The notes beneath the pieces were generated by a model. It was not told where the DNA came from. It made no database searches and saw nothing but the letters and a program-made list of their open reading frames with translations. From positions 1,736,001-1,800,000 of the forward strand of contig MU008169.1 of the NCBI GenBank assembly GCA_010909165.1: a DNA stretch of 64,000 nucleotides, given 5' to 3'. Below, one piece after another: positions 22,206-36,289 of this stretch. Both the position numbers and the translations under genes were made by a program. Each line of letters opens with the position of its first letter. Position 1 is the stretch's first letter. The stretch comes from Anthoceros angustus (Eukaryota > Plantae > Anthocerotophyta).

Positions 22206-25200
22206 CCCTCGTGTGAGAGTTGAATTCAAAAGTGCGACATCATTTGTAAAGTAATCGTAGTCGTTAGAAGTGAGTCATCCTTTCCTGGTCAATCGGACCT
22301 AAGTCCGCCGACGCCCGGGTCCGACATCGGGCAAGACTGTTGACTTTAAAGCGACTTGTCGCTAGACTCGGACAAGTCTTTGCATGAGTGTCGTGATTTG
22401 ATGTGAATGCTGATATCAATATTTATATAGCATCCTTGTAATCGCTTTCTTAATGGTACATAACAATCAAGCTCCATGTGAAGTTAAATTAAAATTATGG
22501 TCTTCAATAACCGCTTGCTAATTAATCATAATTCCTTATGTCCTTCACATTCCAATCAATAATAATACCTTGTTTTGCTGGAACTTTCTTCACATGCCAC
22601 TCTTCCGGTTTAATAACTCACGTTATTAATTATTGCTTAAAATATTTAAATTAGTGTTTAGCAAACCTCTCTCCCAAGATGGGCTCATAGACTTAAATTA
22701 ACCGATCAAACGTCGCAAATCAATGACCTCTTGAGTCATGACACCATTAACTTTAATGATACAATATAAAATACAAATCTCATAGTTCGTGGGTTTTACT
22801 CCTATTCCGATTCGGCCTCAAAACTAGCGAAACTAAACCGACATGCAATCAATGCACCTTACGAAAGTGAATTGGGCGCCACGCGTGCGATTGCGTTCGG
22901 GCACCAATTGCTAATTCAATGCTAACATGCCTCAAAACTAAACCGAATCGGCCGAATTGACTCTCCAAAGTTCCGGATCGTACATGTCGAGCAAAATAGA
23001 ACAAAACCTCAAAGTGCTTGTTGGACCCGAGTGGATCAACAATTGGACGAATTAAACTATGATGTAGATGGCATGAATCGCTAGTCTAGTAGTGTCCTAA
23101 GGTATGTGGCGACTCCGTTTGTTTTGTTCTTTTATCCGCAGAGGGCATGGTTTTCCTAGTTCTTCTTTCGTCATGACTCTTGCACACTCGGCCTCTGCTA
23201 AGTTTTGTTGCTGTGTGTGCACAGGCATCTGTTGCATTGCTTGTTAATTCTTTCCATGCTCAACACATTTTGTAACTCTCGTTATTTAAAATTCAGGTTT
23301 TTCTTGAAAAACTATCCTCAACAACCCAATTCGAACTGTTTGACCATTAGTTCAATCGACCCTCGACTCTCTTTTCTACACTTGACGCGCCTCTTTTCTA
23401 ACGTTATTGCTAAAGGCTTTAAGCTAGCTAATTTTATGCTATGGTATAGTCTCTAATTGTTGAAGTTGAAGGTTCTTTAAGTTTTGTTTTGCCAATTGCA
23501 TTTTGTGCGAATCTCCTCATCTCTAATTGTTGAAGTCAAGGTTGTTTAAGTTCCGTTTGCCAATTGCATTTTGTGCAGGATCTCCAATTGCAGTTGGTCG
23601 AGAAGCTTGTCCGACTTGTCAATTATGGCGACTCCGCAGACTACCCAATTTTCTTGTTGCTAAAGGTTGTTCGACTTGCCAATCAATTTCATCCGCATGT
23701 AGAGTTTCCAACGCCGATGATCCCTTACTAGGGATCCCGGGATAAGCCACAAGTTCTTTCCGTATAAGCTCCTTACTTGCTTTAGCCTTTCCATCTCTAC
23801 TTTCTTATTGAAAGATTGTACCTTCTCCAACGTGATCACCTGCGCGTCTTTAAAGCGATTTTACTACGGTCCTGTTGCTTGGCATTGCTTTTCCTTTTGT
23901 TGGTCATGTTAGCTATACACGATAACCTCCTGCACTCCTTATCCTTTCTCCACTAAAAAGATAATGTACGCTATGGATGAACTACGAGCGTTCTCAAATG
24001 AAAAGGAATATCAATAATGGTAATAATAATACTTAAATTGTTGTAGGACATGATGTATATAGTCCATGGTTCCTTGGCATATGAAAAGCATTCGGCAATA
24101 TTTGGACATGTTTGATTCCTTGGCATATGAAAAAACTATACGCAATATTTGAGCATGTATGATTTCTTGGCATATGAAAAATATTTGCGCAATATTTGGG
24201 CATCTCTAATTCCTTGGCATATGAAAAGCATTTGCGTAATATTTGGGCATGTCTAATTCCTTGGCATATGAAAAAAAACTTGCAATATTTGCATGTCTAA
24301 TTCCTTCGCATATGAAAAAACTCGCGCAATATTTGGGCATGTTTGACTCCCTCGTGAGAGTTGAATTCAAAGTGCGACATCATTTGTAAAGTAATCGTAG
24401 TCGTTAGAAGTGAGTGTCCTTTCCTGTGGTCAATCGGACCCTAAGTCCGCCGACGCCCGTCCGACATCGGGCAAGGCTGACTTTAAAGCGACTTGCTGCT
24501 AGACTCGGACAAGTCTTTGCATGAGTGTCGTGATTTGATGTGAATGCTGATATCAATATTTATATAGCATCCTTGTAACTGCTTTCTTAATGGTACATAA
24601 CAATCAAGCTCCATGTGAAGTTAAATTAAAATTATGGTCTTCAATAACCGCTAATTAATCATAATTCCTTATGTCCTTCACATTCCAATCAATAATAATA
24701 CCTTGTTTTGCTGGAACTTTCTTCACATGCCACTCTTCCGGTTTAATAACTCACGTTATTAATTATTGCTTAAAATATTTAAATTAGTGTTTAGCAAACC
24801 TCTCTCCCAAGATGGGCTCATAGACTTAAATTAACCGATCAAACGTCGCAAATCAATGACCTCTTGAGTCATGACACCATTAACTTTAATGATACAATAT
24901 AAAATACAAATCTCATAGTTCGTGGGTTTTACTCCTATTCCGATTCGGCCTCAAAACTAGCGAAACTAAAGCGACATGCAATCAATGCACCTTAAAGTGA
25001 ATTGGGCGCCACGTGCGATTGCGTTCGGGCACCAATTGTGCTAATTCAATGCTAACATGCCTCAAAACTAAACCGAATCGGCGAATTGACTCTCCAAAGT
25101 TCCGGATCGTACATGTCTTGAGCAAAATAGAACAAAACCTCAAAGTGCTTGTTGGACCCGAGTGGATCAACAATTGGACGAATTAAACTATGATGTAGAT

Positions 25201-28200
25201 GGCATGAATCGCTAGTCTAGTAGTGTCCTAAGGTATGTGGCGACTCCCGTTTGTTTTGTTCTTTTATCTGCAGAGGGCATGGTTTTCCTAGTTCTTCTTT
25301 ACGTCATGACTCTTGCACACTCGGCCTCTGCTAAGTTTTTTGTTGTTGTGTGTGCCTGGGGAGTCTGTTGCATTGCTTGTTAATTCTTTCCATGCTCAAC
25401 ACATTTTGTAACTCTCGTTATTTAAAATTCAGGTTTTTTTCTTGAAAAAACTATCCTCAACATCCCAATTCGAACTGTTTGACCATCAGTTCAATCGACC
25501 CTCGACTCTCTTTTCTACACTTGACGCGCCTCTTTCTAACGTTATTGCTAAAGGCTTTAAGCTAGCTAATTTTATGCTATGGTATAGTCTCTAATTGTTG
25601 AAGTTGAAGGTTCTTTAAGTTTTGTTTTGCCAATTGCATTTTTGCGTAATCTCCTCATCTCTAATTGTTGAAGTCAAGGTTGTTTAAGTTCCGTTTTGCC
25701 AATTGCATTTTGTGCGGGATCTCCAATTGCGGTTGGTGAGAAGCTTGTCCGACTTGTCAATTATGGCGAGACTCCTGCAGACTACCCAATTTTCTTGTTG
25801 CTAAAGGTTGTTCGACTTGCCAATCAATTTCATCCGCATGTAGAGTTTCCAACGCTGATGATCCTTACTAGGGATCCCGGGATAAGCCACAAGTTCTTTC
25901 CGTATAAGCTCCTTACTTGCTTTAGCCTTTCCATCTCTACTTTCTTATTGAAAGATTGTACCTTCTCCAACGTGATCACCCTGCGTCTTTAAAGCGATTT
26001 TACTACGGTCCTGTTGCTTGGCATTGCTTTTCCTTTTGTTGGTCATGTTAGCTATACACGATAACCTCCTGCACTCCTTATCCTTTCTCCACTAAAAAGA
26101 TAATGTACGTTGCGGATGAACTACGAGCGTTCTCAAATGAAAAGGAATATCAATAATGGTAATAATAATACTTAAATTGTTGTAGGACATGATGTATATA
26201 GTCCATGGTTCCTTGGCATATGAAAAGCATTCGGCAATATTTGGACATGTTTGATTCCTTGGCATATGAAAAACTATACTAATATTTGAGCATGTATGAT
26301 TTCTTGGCATATGAAAATATTTGCAATATTTGGGCATCTCTAATTCCTTGGCATATGAAAAGCATTTGCGTAATATTTGGGCATGTCCAATTCCTTGGCA
26401 TATGAAAAAAAAAACTTGCAATATTTGCGCATGTCTAATTCCTTGGCATATGAAAAAAACTCGCGCAATATTTGGGCATGTTTGACTCCCTCGTGAGAGT
26501 TGAATTCAAAGTGCGACATCATTTGTAAAGTAATCGTAGTCGTTAGAAGTGAGTCTGCCCTTTCCTGTGGTCAATCGGACCCTAAGTGCATCGGCGTCCG
26601 ACATCGGGCAAGGCTGACTTTAAAGCGACTTTGCTAGACTCGGACAAGTCTGCATGAGTGTCGTGATTTGATGTGAATGCTGATATCAATATTTATATAG
26701 CATCCTTGTAACTGTTTCTTAATGGTACAGCTAACAATCAAGCTCCATGTGAAGTTAAATTAAAATTATGGTCTTCAATAACCGCTTGCTAATTAATCAT
26801 AATTCCTTATGTCCTTCACATTCCAATCAATAATAATACCTTGTTTTGCTGGAACTTTCTTCACATGCCACTCTTCCAGGTTTAATAACTCACGTTATTA
26901 ATTATTGCTTAAAATATTTAAATTAGTGTTTAGCAAACCTCTCTCCCAAGATGGGCTCATAGACTTAAATTAACCGATCAAGCGTCGCAAATCAATGACC
27001 TCTTGAGTCATGACACCATTAACTTTAATGATACAATATAAAATACAAATCTCATAGTTCGTGGGTTTTACTCCTATTCCGATTCGGCCTCAAAACTAGC
27101 CGAAACTAAACCGACATGCAATCAATGCACCTTACGAAAGTGAATTGGGCGCCACGTGCGATTGCGTTCGGGCACCAATTGCTAATTCAATGCTAACATG
27201 CCTCAAAACTAAACCGAATCGGCCGAATTGACTCTCCAAAGTTCCGGATCGTATACATGTCTTGAGCAAAATAGAACAAAACCTCAAAGTGCTTGTTGGA
27301 CCCAAGTGGATCAACAATTGGACGAATTAAACTATGATGTAGTTGGCATGAATCGCTAGTCTAGTAGTGTCCTAAGGTATGTGGCGACTCCGCTTGTTTT
27401 GTTCTTTTATCCGCAGAGGGCATGGTTTTCCTAGTTCTTCTTTACGTCATGACTCTTGCACACTCGGCCTCCGCTAAGTTTTTTGTTCTGTGTGTGCACA
27501 GGCGATCTGTTGCATTGCTTGTTAATTCTTTCCATGCTCAACACATTTGTAACTCTCGTTATTTAAAATTCAGGTTTTTCTTGAAAAACTATCCTCAACA
27601 ACCAATTCGAACTGTTTGACCATTAGTTCAATCGACCCTCGACTCTCTTTTCTACACTTGACGCGCCTCTTTTCTAACGTTATTGCTAAAGGCTTTAAGC
27701 TAGCTAATTTTATGCTATGGTATAGTCTCTAATTGTTGAAGTTGAAGGTTCTTTAAGTTCTGTTTTGCCAATTGCATTTTTGTGCGTAATCTCCTCATCT
27801 CTAATTGTTGAAGTGAAGGTTGTTTAAGTTCCGCTTTTGCCAATTGCATTTTTGTGCGGGATCTCCAATTGCGTTGGTGAGAAGCTTGTCCGACTTGTCA
27901 ATTATGGCACTCCTGCACTACCCAATTTTCTTGTTGCTAAAGGTTGTTCGACTTGCCAATCAATTTTATCCGCATGTAGAGTTTCCAACGCGATGATCCT
28001 TACTAGGGATCCCAGGATAAGCCACAAGTTCTTTCCGTATAAGCTCCTTACGACTTGCTTTAGCCTTTCCATCTCTACTTTCTTATTGAAAGATTGTACC
28101 TTCTCCAACGTGATCACCTGCGCGTCTTTAAAGCGATTTTACTACGGTCCTGTTGCTTGGCATTGCTTTTCCTTTTGTTGGTCATGTTAGCTATACACGA

Positions 28201-31200
28201 TAACCTCCTGCACTCCTTATCCTTTCTCCACTAAAAAGATAATGTACGTTGGATGAACTACGAGCGTTCTCAAATGAAAAGGAATATCAATAATGGTAAT
28301 AATAATACTTAAATTGTTGTAGGACATGATGTATATAGTCCATGGTTCCTTGGCATATGAAAAGCATTCGGCAATATTTGGACATGTTTGATTCCTTGGC
28401 ATATGAAAAACTATACGCAATATTTGAGCATGTATGATTTCTTGGCATATGAAAAATATTTGCGCAATATTTGGGCATCTCTAATTCCTTGGCATATGAA
28501 AAGCATTTATGTAATATTTGGGCATGTCCAATTCCTTGGCATATGAAAAAAAAAAACTTGCAATATTTGCGCATGTCTAATTCCTTGGCATATGAAAAAA
28601 CTCGCAATATTTGGGGCATGTTTGACTCCCTCGTGTGAGAGTTGAATTCAAAGTGCGACATCATTTGTAAAGTAATCGTAGTCGTTAGAAGTGAGTCTCC
28701 TTTCCGTGGTCAATCGGACCTAAGTCCGCCGACGCCCGTCCGACATCGGGCAAGACTGTTGACTTTAAAGCGACTTCGCTAGACTCGACAAGTCTTGCAT
28801 GAGTGTCGTGATTTGATGTGAATGCTGATATCAATATTTATATAGCATCCTTGTAACTGCTTTCTTAATGGTACAAACAATCAAGCTCCATGTGAAGTTA
28901 AATTAAAATTATGGTCTTCAATAACCGCTTGCTAATTAATCATAATTCCTTATGTCCTTCACATTCCAATCAATAATAATACCTTGTTTTGCTGGAACTT
29001 TCTTCACATGCCACTCTTCCAGGTTTAATAACTCACGTTATTAATTATTGCTTAAAATATTTAAATTAGTGTTTAGCAAACCTCTCTCCCAAGATGGGCT
29101 CATAGACTTAAATTAACCGATCAAACGTCGCAAATCAATGACCTCTTGAGTCATGACACCATTAACTTTAATGATACAATGTAAAATACAAATCTCATAG
29201 TTCGTGGGTTTTTACTCCTATTCCAGTTCGGCCTCAAAACTAGCCGAAACTAAACTGACATGCAATCAATGCCTGCTTACGAAAGTGAATCGGGCGCCAC
29301 GTGCGATTGCGTTCGGGCACCAATTCGTGCTAATTCAATGCTAACATGCCTCAAAACTAAACCGAATCGGCCGAATTGACTCTCCAAAGTTCCGGATCGT
29401 ACATATCGAGCAAAATAGAACAAAACCTCAAAGTGCTTGTTGGACCCGAGTGGATCAACAATTGGACGAATTAAACTATGATGTAGTTGGCATGAATCGC
29501 TAGTCTAGTAGTGTCCTAAGGTATGTGGCGACTCCCGTTTGTTTTGTTCTTTTATCTGCAGAGGCATGGTTTTCCTAGTTCTTCTTTACGTCATGACCCT
29601 TGCACACTCGGCCTCCGCTAAGTTTTTTGTTGCTGTGTGCACAGGCGTCTGTTGCATTGCTTGTTAATTCTTTCCATGCTCAACACATTTTGTAACTCTC
29701 GTTATTTAAAATTCAGGTTTTTTCTTGAAAAACTATCCTCAACATCCCAATTCAACTGCTTGACCATCGCTTGAATCGACCCTCGACTCTCTTTTCTACA
29801 CTTGACGCGCCTCTTTCTAACGTTATTGCTAAAGGCTTTAAGCTAGCTAATTTTATGCTATGGTATAGTCTCTAATTGTTGAAGTTGAAGGTTCTTTAAG
29901 TTCTGTTTTGCCAATTGCATTTTTGTGCGTAATCTCCTCGCTCTAATTGTTGAAGTCAAGGTTGTTTAAGTTCCGCTTTGCCAATTGCATTTTTGTGCAG
30001 GATCTCCAATTGCGGTTGGTGAGAAGCTTGTCCGACTTGTCAATTATGGCGACTCGCAGACTACCCAATTTTCTTGTTGCTAAAGGTTGTTCGACTTGCC
30101 AATCAATTTGATCCGCATGTAGAGTTTCCAACGCCGATGATCCTTACTAGGGATCCCGTGATAAGCCACAAGTTCTTTCCCTATAAGCTCCTTACACTTG
30201 CTTTAGCCTTTCCATCTCTACTTTCTTATTGAAAGATTGTACCTTCTCCAACGTGATCACCCCGCTGCCTTTAAAGCGATTTTACTACGGTCCTGTTGCT
30301 TGGCATTGCTTTTCCTTTTGTTGGTCATGTTAGCTATACACGATAACCTCCTGCACTCCTTATCCTTTCTCCACTAAAAGATAATGTACGCTATGGATGA
30401 ACTACGAGCGTTCTCAAATGAAAAGGAATATCAATAATGGTAATAATAATACTTAAATTGTTGTAGGACATGATGTATATAGTCCATGGTTCCTTGGCAT
30501 ATGAAAAGCATTCGCAATATTTGGACACGTTTGATTCCTTGGCATATGAAAAACTATACTAATATTTGAGCATGTATGATTTCTTGGCATATGAAAATAT
30601 TTGCTAATATTTGGGGCATCTCTAATTCCTTGGCATATGAAAAGCATTTGCGTAATATTTGGGGCATGTCTAATTCCTTGGCATATGAAAAAAAAAAACT
30701 TGCGCAATATTTGCGCATGTCTAATTCCTTGGCATATGAAAAAACTCGCGCAATATTTGGGCATGTTTGACTCCTCGTGAGAGTTGAATTCAAAGTGCGA
30801 CATCATTTGTAAAGTAATCGTAGTCGTTAGAAGTGAGTCATCCTTTCCCCGTGGTCGATCGGACCTAAGTTTGTCGACGCCCGTCCGACATCGGGCAAGA
30901 CTGTTGACTTTAAAGCGACTTCGCTAGACTCGCATAAGTGCGCATGAGTGTCGTGATTTGATGTGAATGCTGATATCAATATTTATATAGCATCCTTGTA
31001 ATCGCTTTCTTAATGGTACACTAACAATCAAGCTCCATGTGAAGTTAAATTAAAATTATGGTCTTCAATAACCGCTAATTAATCATAATTCCTTATGTCC
31101 TTCACATTCCAATCAATAATAATACCTTGTTTTGCTGGAACTTTCTTCACATGCCACTCTTCCAGCTTTAATAACTCACGTTATTAATTATTGCTTAAAA

Positions 31201-31761
31201 TATTTAAATTAGTGTTTAGCAAACCTCTCTCCCAAGATGGGCTCATAGACTTAAATTAACCGATCAAACGTCGCAAATCAATGACCTCTTGAGTCATGAC
31301 ACCATTAACTTTAATGATACAATATAAAATACAAATCTCATAGTTCGTGGGTTTTTACTCCTATTCCAGTTCGGCCTCAAAACTAGCCGAAACTAAACTG
31401 ACATGCAATCAATGCCTGCTTACGAAAGTGAATTGGGCGCCACGTGTGATTGCGTTCGGGCACCAATTCGTGCTAATTCAATGCTAACATGCCTCAAAAC
31501 TAAACCGAATCGGCCGAATTGACTCTCCAAAGTTCCAGATCGTACATGTACTGAGCAAAATTGAACAAAACCTTAAAGTGCTTGTTGGACCCGAGTGGAT
31601 CAACAATTGGACGAATTAAACTATGATGTAGTTGGCATGAATCGCTAGTCTAGTAGTGTCCTAAGGTATGTGGCGACTCCGTTTGTTTTGTTCTTTTATC
31701 CGCAGAGGGCATGGTTTTCCTAGTTCTTCTTTACGTCATGACTCTTGCACACTCGGCCTGC

Positions 31762-34700
31762 TAAGTTTTTGTTGTTGTGTGTGCACAGGAGTGTTGCATT
31801 GCTTGTTAATTCTTTCCATGCTCAACACATTTGTAACTCTCGTTATTTAAAATTCAGGTTTTTTCTTGAAAAAACTATCCTCAACATCCCAATTGACTGC
31901 TTGACCATCGCTCAATCGACCTTGACTCTCTTTTCTACACTTGACGCCTCTTTCTAACGTTATTGCTAAAGGCTTTAAGCTAGCTAATTTTATGCTATGG
32001 TATAGTCTCTAATTGTTGAAGTTGAAGGTTCTTTAAGTTCTGCTTTTGCCAATTGCATTTTTGTGCGTAATCTCCTCATCTCTAATTGTTGAAGTCAAGG
32101 TTGTTTAAGTTCCATTTTGCCAATTGCATTTTCGCAGGATCTCCAATTGCGCTATCGAGAAGCTTGTCCGACTTGTCAATTATGGCACTCAGACTACCCA
32201 ATTTTCTTGTTGCTAAAGGTTGTTCGACTTGCCAATCAATTTTATCCGCATGTAGAGTTTCCAACGCTGATGATCCCTTACTAGGGATCCCTGTGATAAG
32301 CCACAAGTTCTTTCCGTATAAGCTCCTTACGACTTGCTTTAGCCTTTCCATCTCTACTTTCTTATTGAAAGATTGTACCTTCTCCAACGTGATCACCTGC
32401 GCGTCTTTAAAGCGATTTTACTACGGTCCTGTTGCTTGGCATTGCTTTTCCTTTTGTTGGTCATGTTAGCTATACACGATAACCTCCTGCACTCCTTATC
32501 CTTTCTCCACTAAAAAGATAATGTATGCGGATGAACTACGAGCGTTCTCAAATGAAAAGGAATATCAATAATGGTAATAATAATACTTAAATTGTTGTAG
32601 GACATGATGTATATAGTCCATGGTTCCTTGGCATATGAAAACATTTGCAATATTTGGACATGTTTGATTCCTTGGCATATGAAAAATATCGCAATATTTG
32701 AGCATGTATGATTTCTTGGCATATGAAAAATATTTGCAATATTTGGGCATCTCTAATTCCTTGGCATATGAAAAGCATTTGCGTAATATTTGGGCATGTC
32801 CAATTCCTTGGCATATGAAAAAACTTGCAATATTTGGGCATCTCTAATTCCTTGGCATATGAAAAAACTCACGCAATATTTGGGCATGTTTGACTCCCTC
32901 GTGTGAGAGTTGAATTCAAAAGTGCGACATCATTTGTAAAGTAGCTATAATAAGATGTGTTAACACATTAATATTTTTGAAAATGAATGAACAAAGGTCT
33001 GTGGCCAAAAAAAAAAAAACAAAACCACCTTATACCCCTAGATTTTTGAAAAGGTACGGTCATTAGCTTTGAAACCCTCCGCATCGTATGAGGTGCAAAG
33101 GCAAAGGGATTTTCTCGGAACTTTGACATGGAAGAAGGCAAAGGCGTTTGCTCCGAACATTGACATGGCTCCCATGTCAAACCCCTGAACTATATATGCA
33201 TTGTGTGAACATGGTTTTCTTGTAGATAGATTACAGAAAGTGGGAAAAACTTTCTCTAGAAATAAAAGTACCTTACCTTACCTTATAAGTTTTTTGTTGT
33301 GTGTGTGCACAGGGAGTCTGTTGCATTGCTTGTTAATTCTTTCCATGCTCAACACATTTGTAACTCTCGTTATTTAAAATTCAGGTTTTTCTTGAAAAAC
33401 TATCCTCAACATCCCAATTCAACTGCTTTGACCATCGCTCAATCGACCTTGACTCTCTTTTCTACACTTGACGCCTCTTTCTAACGTTATTGCTAAAGGC
33501 TTTAAGCTAGCTAATTTTATGCTATGGTATAGTCTCTAATTGTTGAAGTTGAAGGTTCTTTAAGTTCTGCTTTTGCCAATTGCATTTTTGTGCGTAATCT
33601 CCTCATCTCTAATTGTTGAAGTCAAGGTTGTTTAAGTTCCATTTTGCCAATTGCATTTTCGCAGGATCTCCAATTGCGCTATTTGAGAAGCTTGTCCGAC
33701 TTGTCAATTATGGCACTCGCAGACTACCCAATTTTCTTGTTGCTAAAGGTTGTTCGACTTGCCAATCAATTTTATCCGCATGTAGAGTTTCCAACGCCGA
33801 TGATCCCTTACTAGGGATCCCTGTGATAAGCCACAAGTTCTTTCCCGTATAAGCTCCTTACGACTTGCTTTAGCCTTTCCATCTCTACTTTCTTATTGAA
33901 AGATTGTACCTTCTCCAACGTGATCACCCCTGCCTTTAAAGCGATTTTACTACGGTCCTGTTGCTTGGCATTGCTTTTCCTTTTGTTGGTCATGTTAGCT
34001 ATACACGATAACCTCCTGCACTCCTTATCCTTTCTCCACTAAAAAGATAATGTACGTTGCGGATGAACTACGAGCGTTCTCAAATGAAAAGGAATATCAA
34101 TAATGGTAATAATAATACTTAAATTGTTGTAGGACATGATGTATATAGTCCATGGTTCCTTGGCATATGAAAAACATTTGCGCAATATTTGGACATGTTT
34201 GATTCCTTGGCATATGAAAAAAATATACGCAATATTTGAGCATGTATGATTTCTTGGCATATGAAAAATATTTGCGCAATATTTGGGCATCTCTAATTCC
34301 TTGGCATATGAAAAGCATTTGCGTAATATTTGGGCATGTCCAATTCCTTGGCATATGAAAAAACTTGTAATATTTGGGCATGTCCAATTCCTTGGCATAT
34401 GAAAAAACTCACGCAATATTTGGGGCATGTTTGACTCCCTCGTGAGAGTTGAATTCAAAAGTGCGACATCATTTGTAAAGTAGCTATAATAAGATGTGTT
34501 AACACATTAATATTTTTGAAAATGAATGAACAAAGGTCTGTGGCCAAAAAAAAAAAAACAAAACCACCTTATACCCCTAGATTTTTGAAAAGGTACGGTC
34601 ATTAGCTTTGAAACCCTCCGCATCGTATGAGGTGCAAAGGCAAAGGGATTTTCTGAACTTTGACATGGAAGAAGGCAAAGGCGTTGTTCAACATTGACAT

Positions 34701-34826
34701 GGCTCCCATGTCAAACCCCTGAACTATATATGCATTGTGTGAACATGGTTTTCTTGTAGATAGATTACAGAAAGTGGGAAAAACTTTCTCTAGAAATAAA
34801 AGTACCTTACCTTACCTTATAAGTTT
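31762..34826. repeat. Second-order ~1.53 kb tandem duplication covering the right end of the array plus ~350 bp of flank
   Basis: Junction microhomology taagtttt at 31762, 33286 and 34820; block gtagctataataagatgtg...accttaccttaccttataag occurs at 32941 and 34480. Confidence 0.9.
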
Positions 34827-35401
34827 TCTTTGCAATTCAAGTGCACGTTCGGTATCATACCACATTCATACCGATAGGTTTTCTTTGCCGGATTTAAATG
34901 CACATTCGTATAAATTTGGAAAAAAATTAAACTTGAGCGATAGAAAAAGACTTAACCTTGAAACAGCCGAGGGTGCACATTCCATAAAGATGACTTTAAT
35001 TCCTTGGATTGTTGTCAAGACTTTTTAGGACTTCAGAAACTACAAGCGGACATGATAAGCTCTAAAGTTTTTCTTCTAGAGTTTTTATGACAAAATAGGT
35101 AAGCGGTTTGAAAGAAGACCCATGCAAAGAAGACCTATGTTGGCCGAGGACTAACCGTTAAGCTCGTTGACGGTAACTGAAAGTAGCTTGTCTTATCTCA
35201 AGGGATTTCTTATGCAGGAAGCTAGTAACATGAGAATGCAGCAGGTTGATGAAGCCAATTTGGTCAAAAACAAACAACTGATTCGAATCTATATACAGTG
35301 CCAGGGAGTCGGATCCTGTGGCAGGGTGCTGTTCTACCACCAAACCACCGGTGTTTGTAGTGAAGAAATAAAAATGTTGTTGTTAGATAACCGAGTTTGT
35401 A

Positions 35402-36080
35402 GAGAAGATGTTTGAAACCTCGGATATACGTTTGCATTGGGAGGGCTCACATACAGGCAAGAAGGAGGAGGAAGGAAGGATTGCCTATACCCCACCTTGC
35501 CCAGCTGTGGACAAAGAAGTATCGGCATTCCTGCATCTACGCACTGTCGAGGCCAGCGACGGTGCAGCCCCATGTACATAGCCCCTCTCCGGGTGTAGCC
35601 CTGCTGCCCAATTTTCCCCCTCTGCGTGCAGAACTGCAGCCCAATTTTCGGGGGCCTCTGGGTGCAGCCAAATTTCCCCCTTCTCGGGCCTACATGTAGA
35701 GCCCATTTTCCCCTGGTCTGGCCTCTACATGTAGCCGTCGGCTCGCTGAGTGTACAGTCAGGCTGGATCTAGGTCTGGCCTGTGCGTGGAAATGCCACCC
35801 CCGCCATCCCATCCCTTTTGTCGCATCACGATTCACCCCCAGGTAGGGCTCTCTGGCTTGGCCTTGGGACTGATATTAATCAGGCGCTGCATGCAATTAT
35901 GTACAGGTCACAGGAGGCACGCTGTTGTGCAGATATCACCTTGCAGTGAGCCTGTTGGAACTGTTGAAACTTTCCACCCTAAACCCTGTAACGTTCTTCC
36001 AACTTGGCAGGGCCCTGTCTTGTTCCCAGGCGGAGGTCTGAATTAGCTCCGCCTAGGAACAAGGCATGGGCCTGTGCTCT
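35402..36080 (+). promoter_or_regulatory. Orphan inverted paralogue of the PPR promoter, spliced leader and start codon
   Basis: Reverse-complement homologue of 3990-4676 with retained donor (ccag|GTAGGG ~35843), acceptor (ttgcag ~35946), site II motifs and ccctaaaccct. Ends in aacaaggcATGggcctgtg, similar to the PPR gene 2 start gacgaggcATGgctgtg. Confidence 0.7.
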
Positions 36081-36173
36081 CTACTCTACAGTCTAGGCGA
36101 CTGCACTTGGCTAGCCCGGAAAAGAAGGAATTCATTGACACTTGGCCATGATCTCCACTTGAAGTGCTCTAAT

Positions 36174-36268
36174 GAAGTCATCACACGAACATGTTCTTTC
36201 CGTGGGCACAGGTACCCTACTTGCATCCTTGACGACGCGAACTTCGTGGCCATTTGACAGTCAACACA
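36174..36268 (-). pseudogene. Decayed C-terminal part of a DYW deaminase domain, downstream of the PPR gene 2 stop
   Basis: Reads CVDCQMATKFAS, then after a frameshift VKDASRVPVPTERTCSCDDF; compare DYW consensus CxDCHxATKxIS...RDxxRFHxFxxGxCSCxDYW. Confidence 0.72.
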
Positions 36269-36289
36269 ACCCCATCATCACATCAGACA

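Larger units (their letters stand above)
20322..32943. repeat. Tandem array of a ~2.13-2.15 kb unit, about 5.9 copies, probably TE-derived
   Basis: aacaatcaag(c/t)tccatgtg recurs at ~20331, 22461, 24598, 26733, 28876 and 31022. Copies differ mostly by small indels; the first copy is more diverged at its left end. Confidence 0.95.

Noticed and set aside
20322-32943. 5S rDNA, tRNA or snRNA tandem array
   Set aside because: No recognisable 5S, tRNA or U-snRNA sequence in the unit
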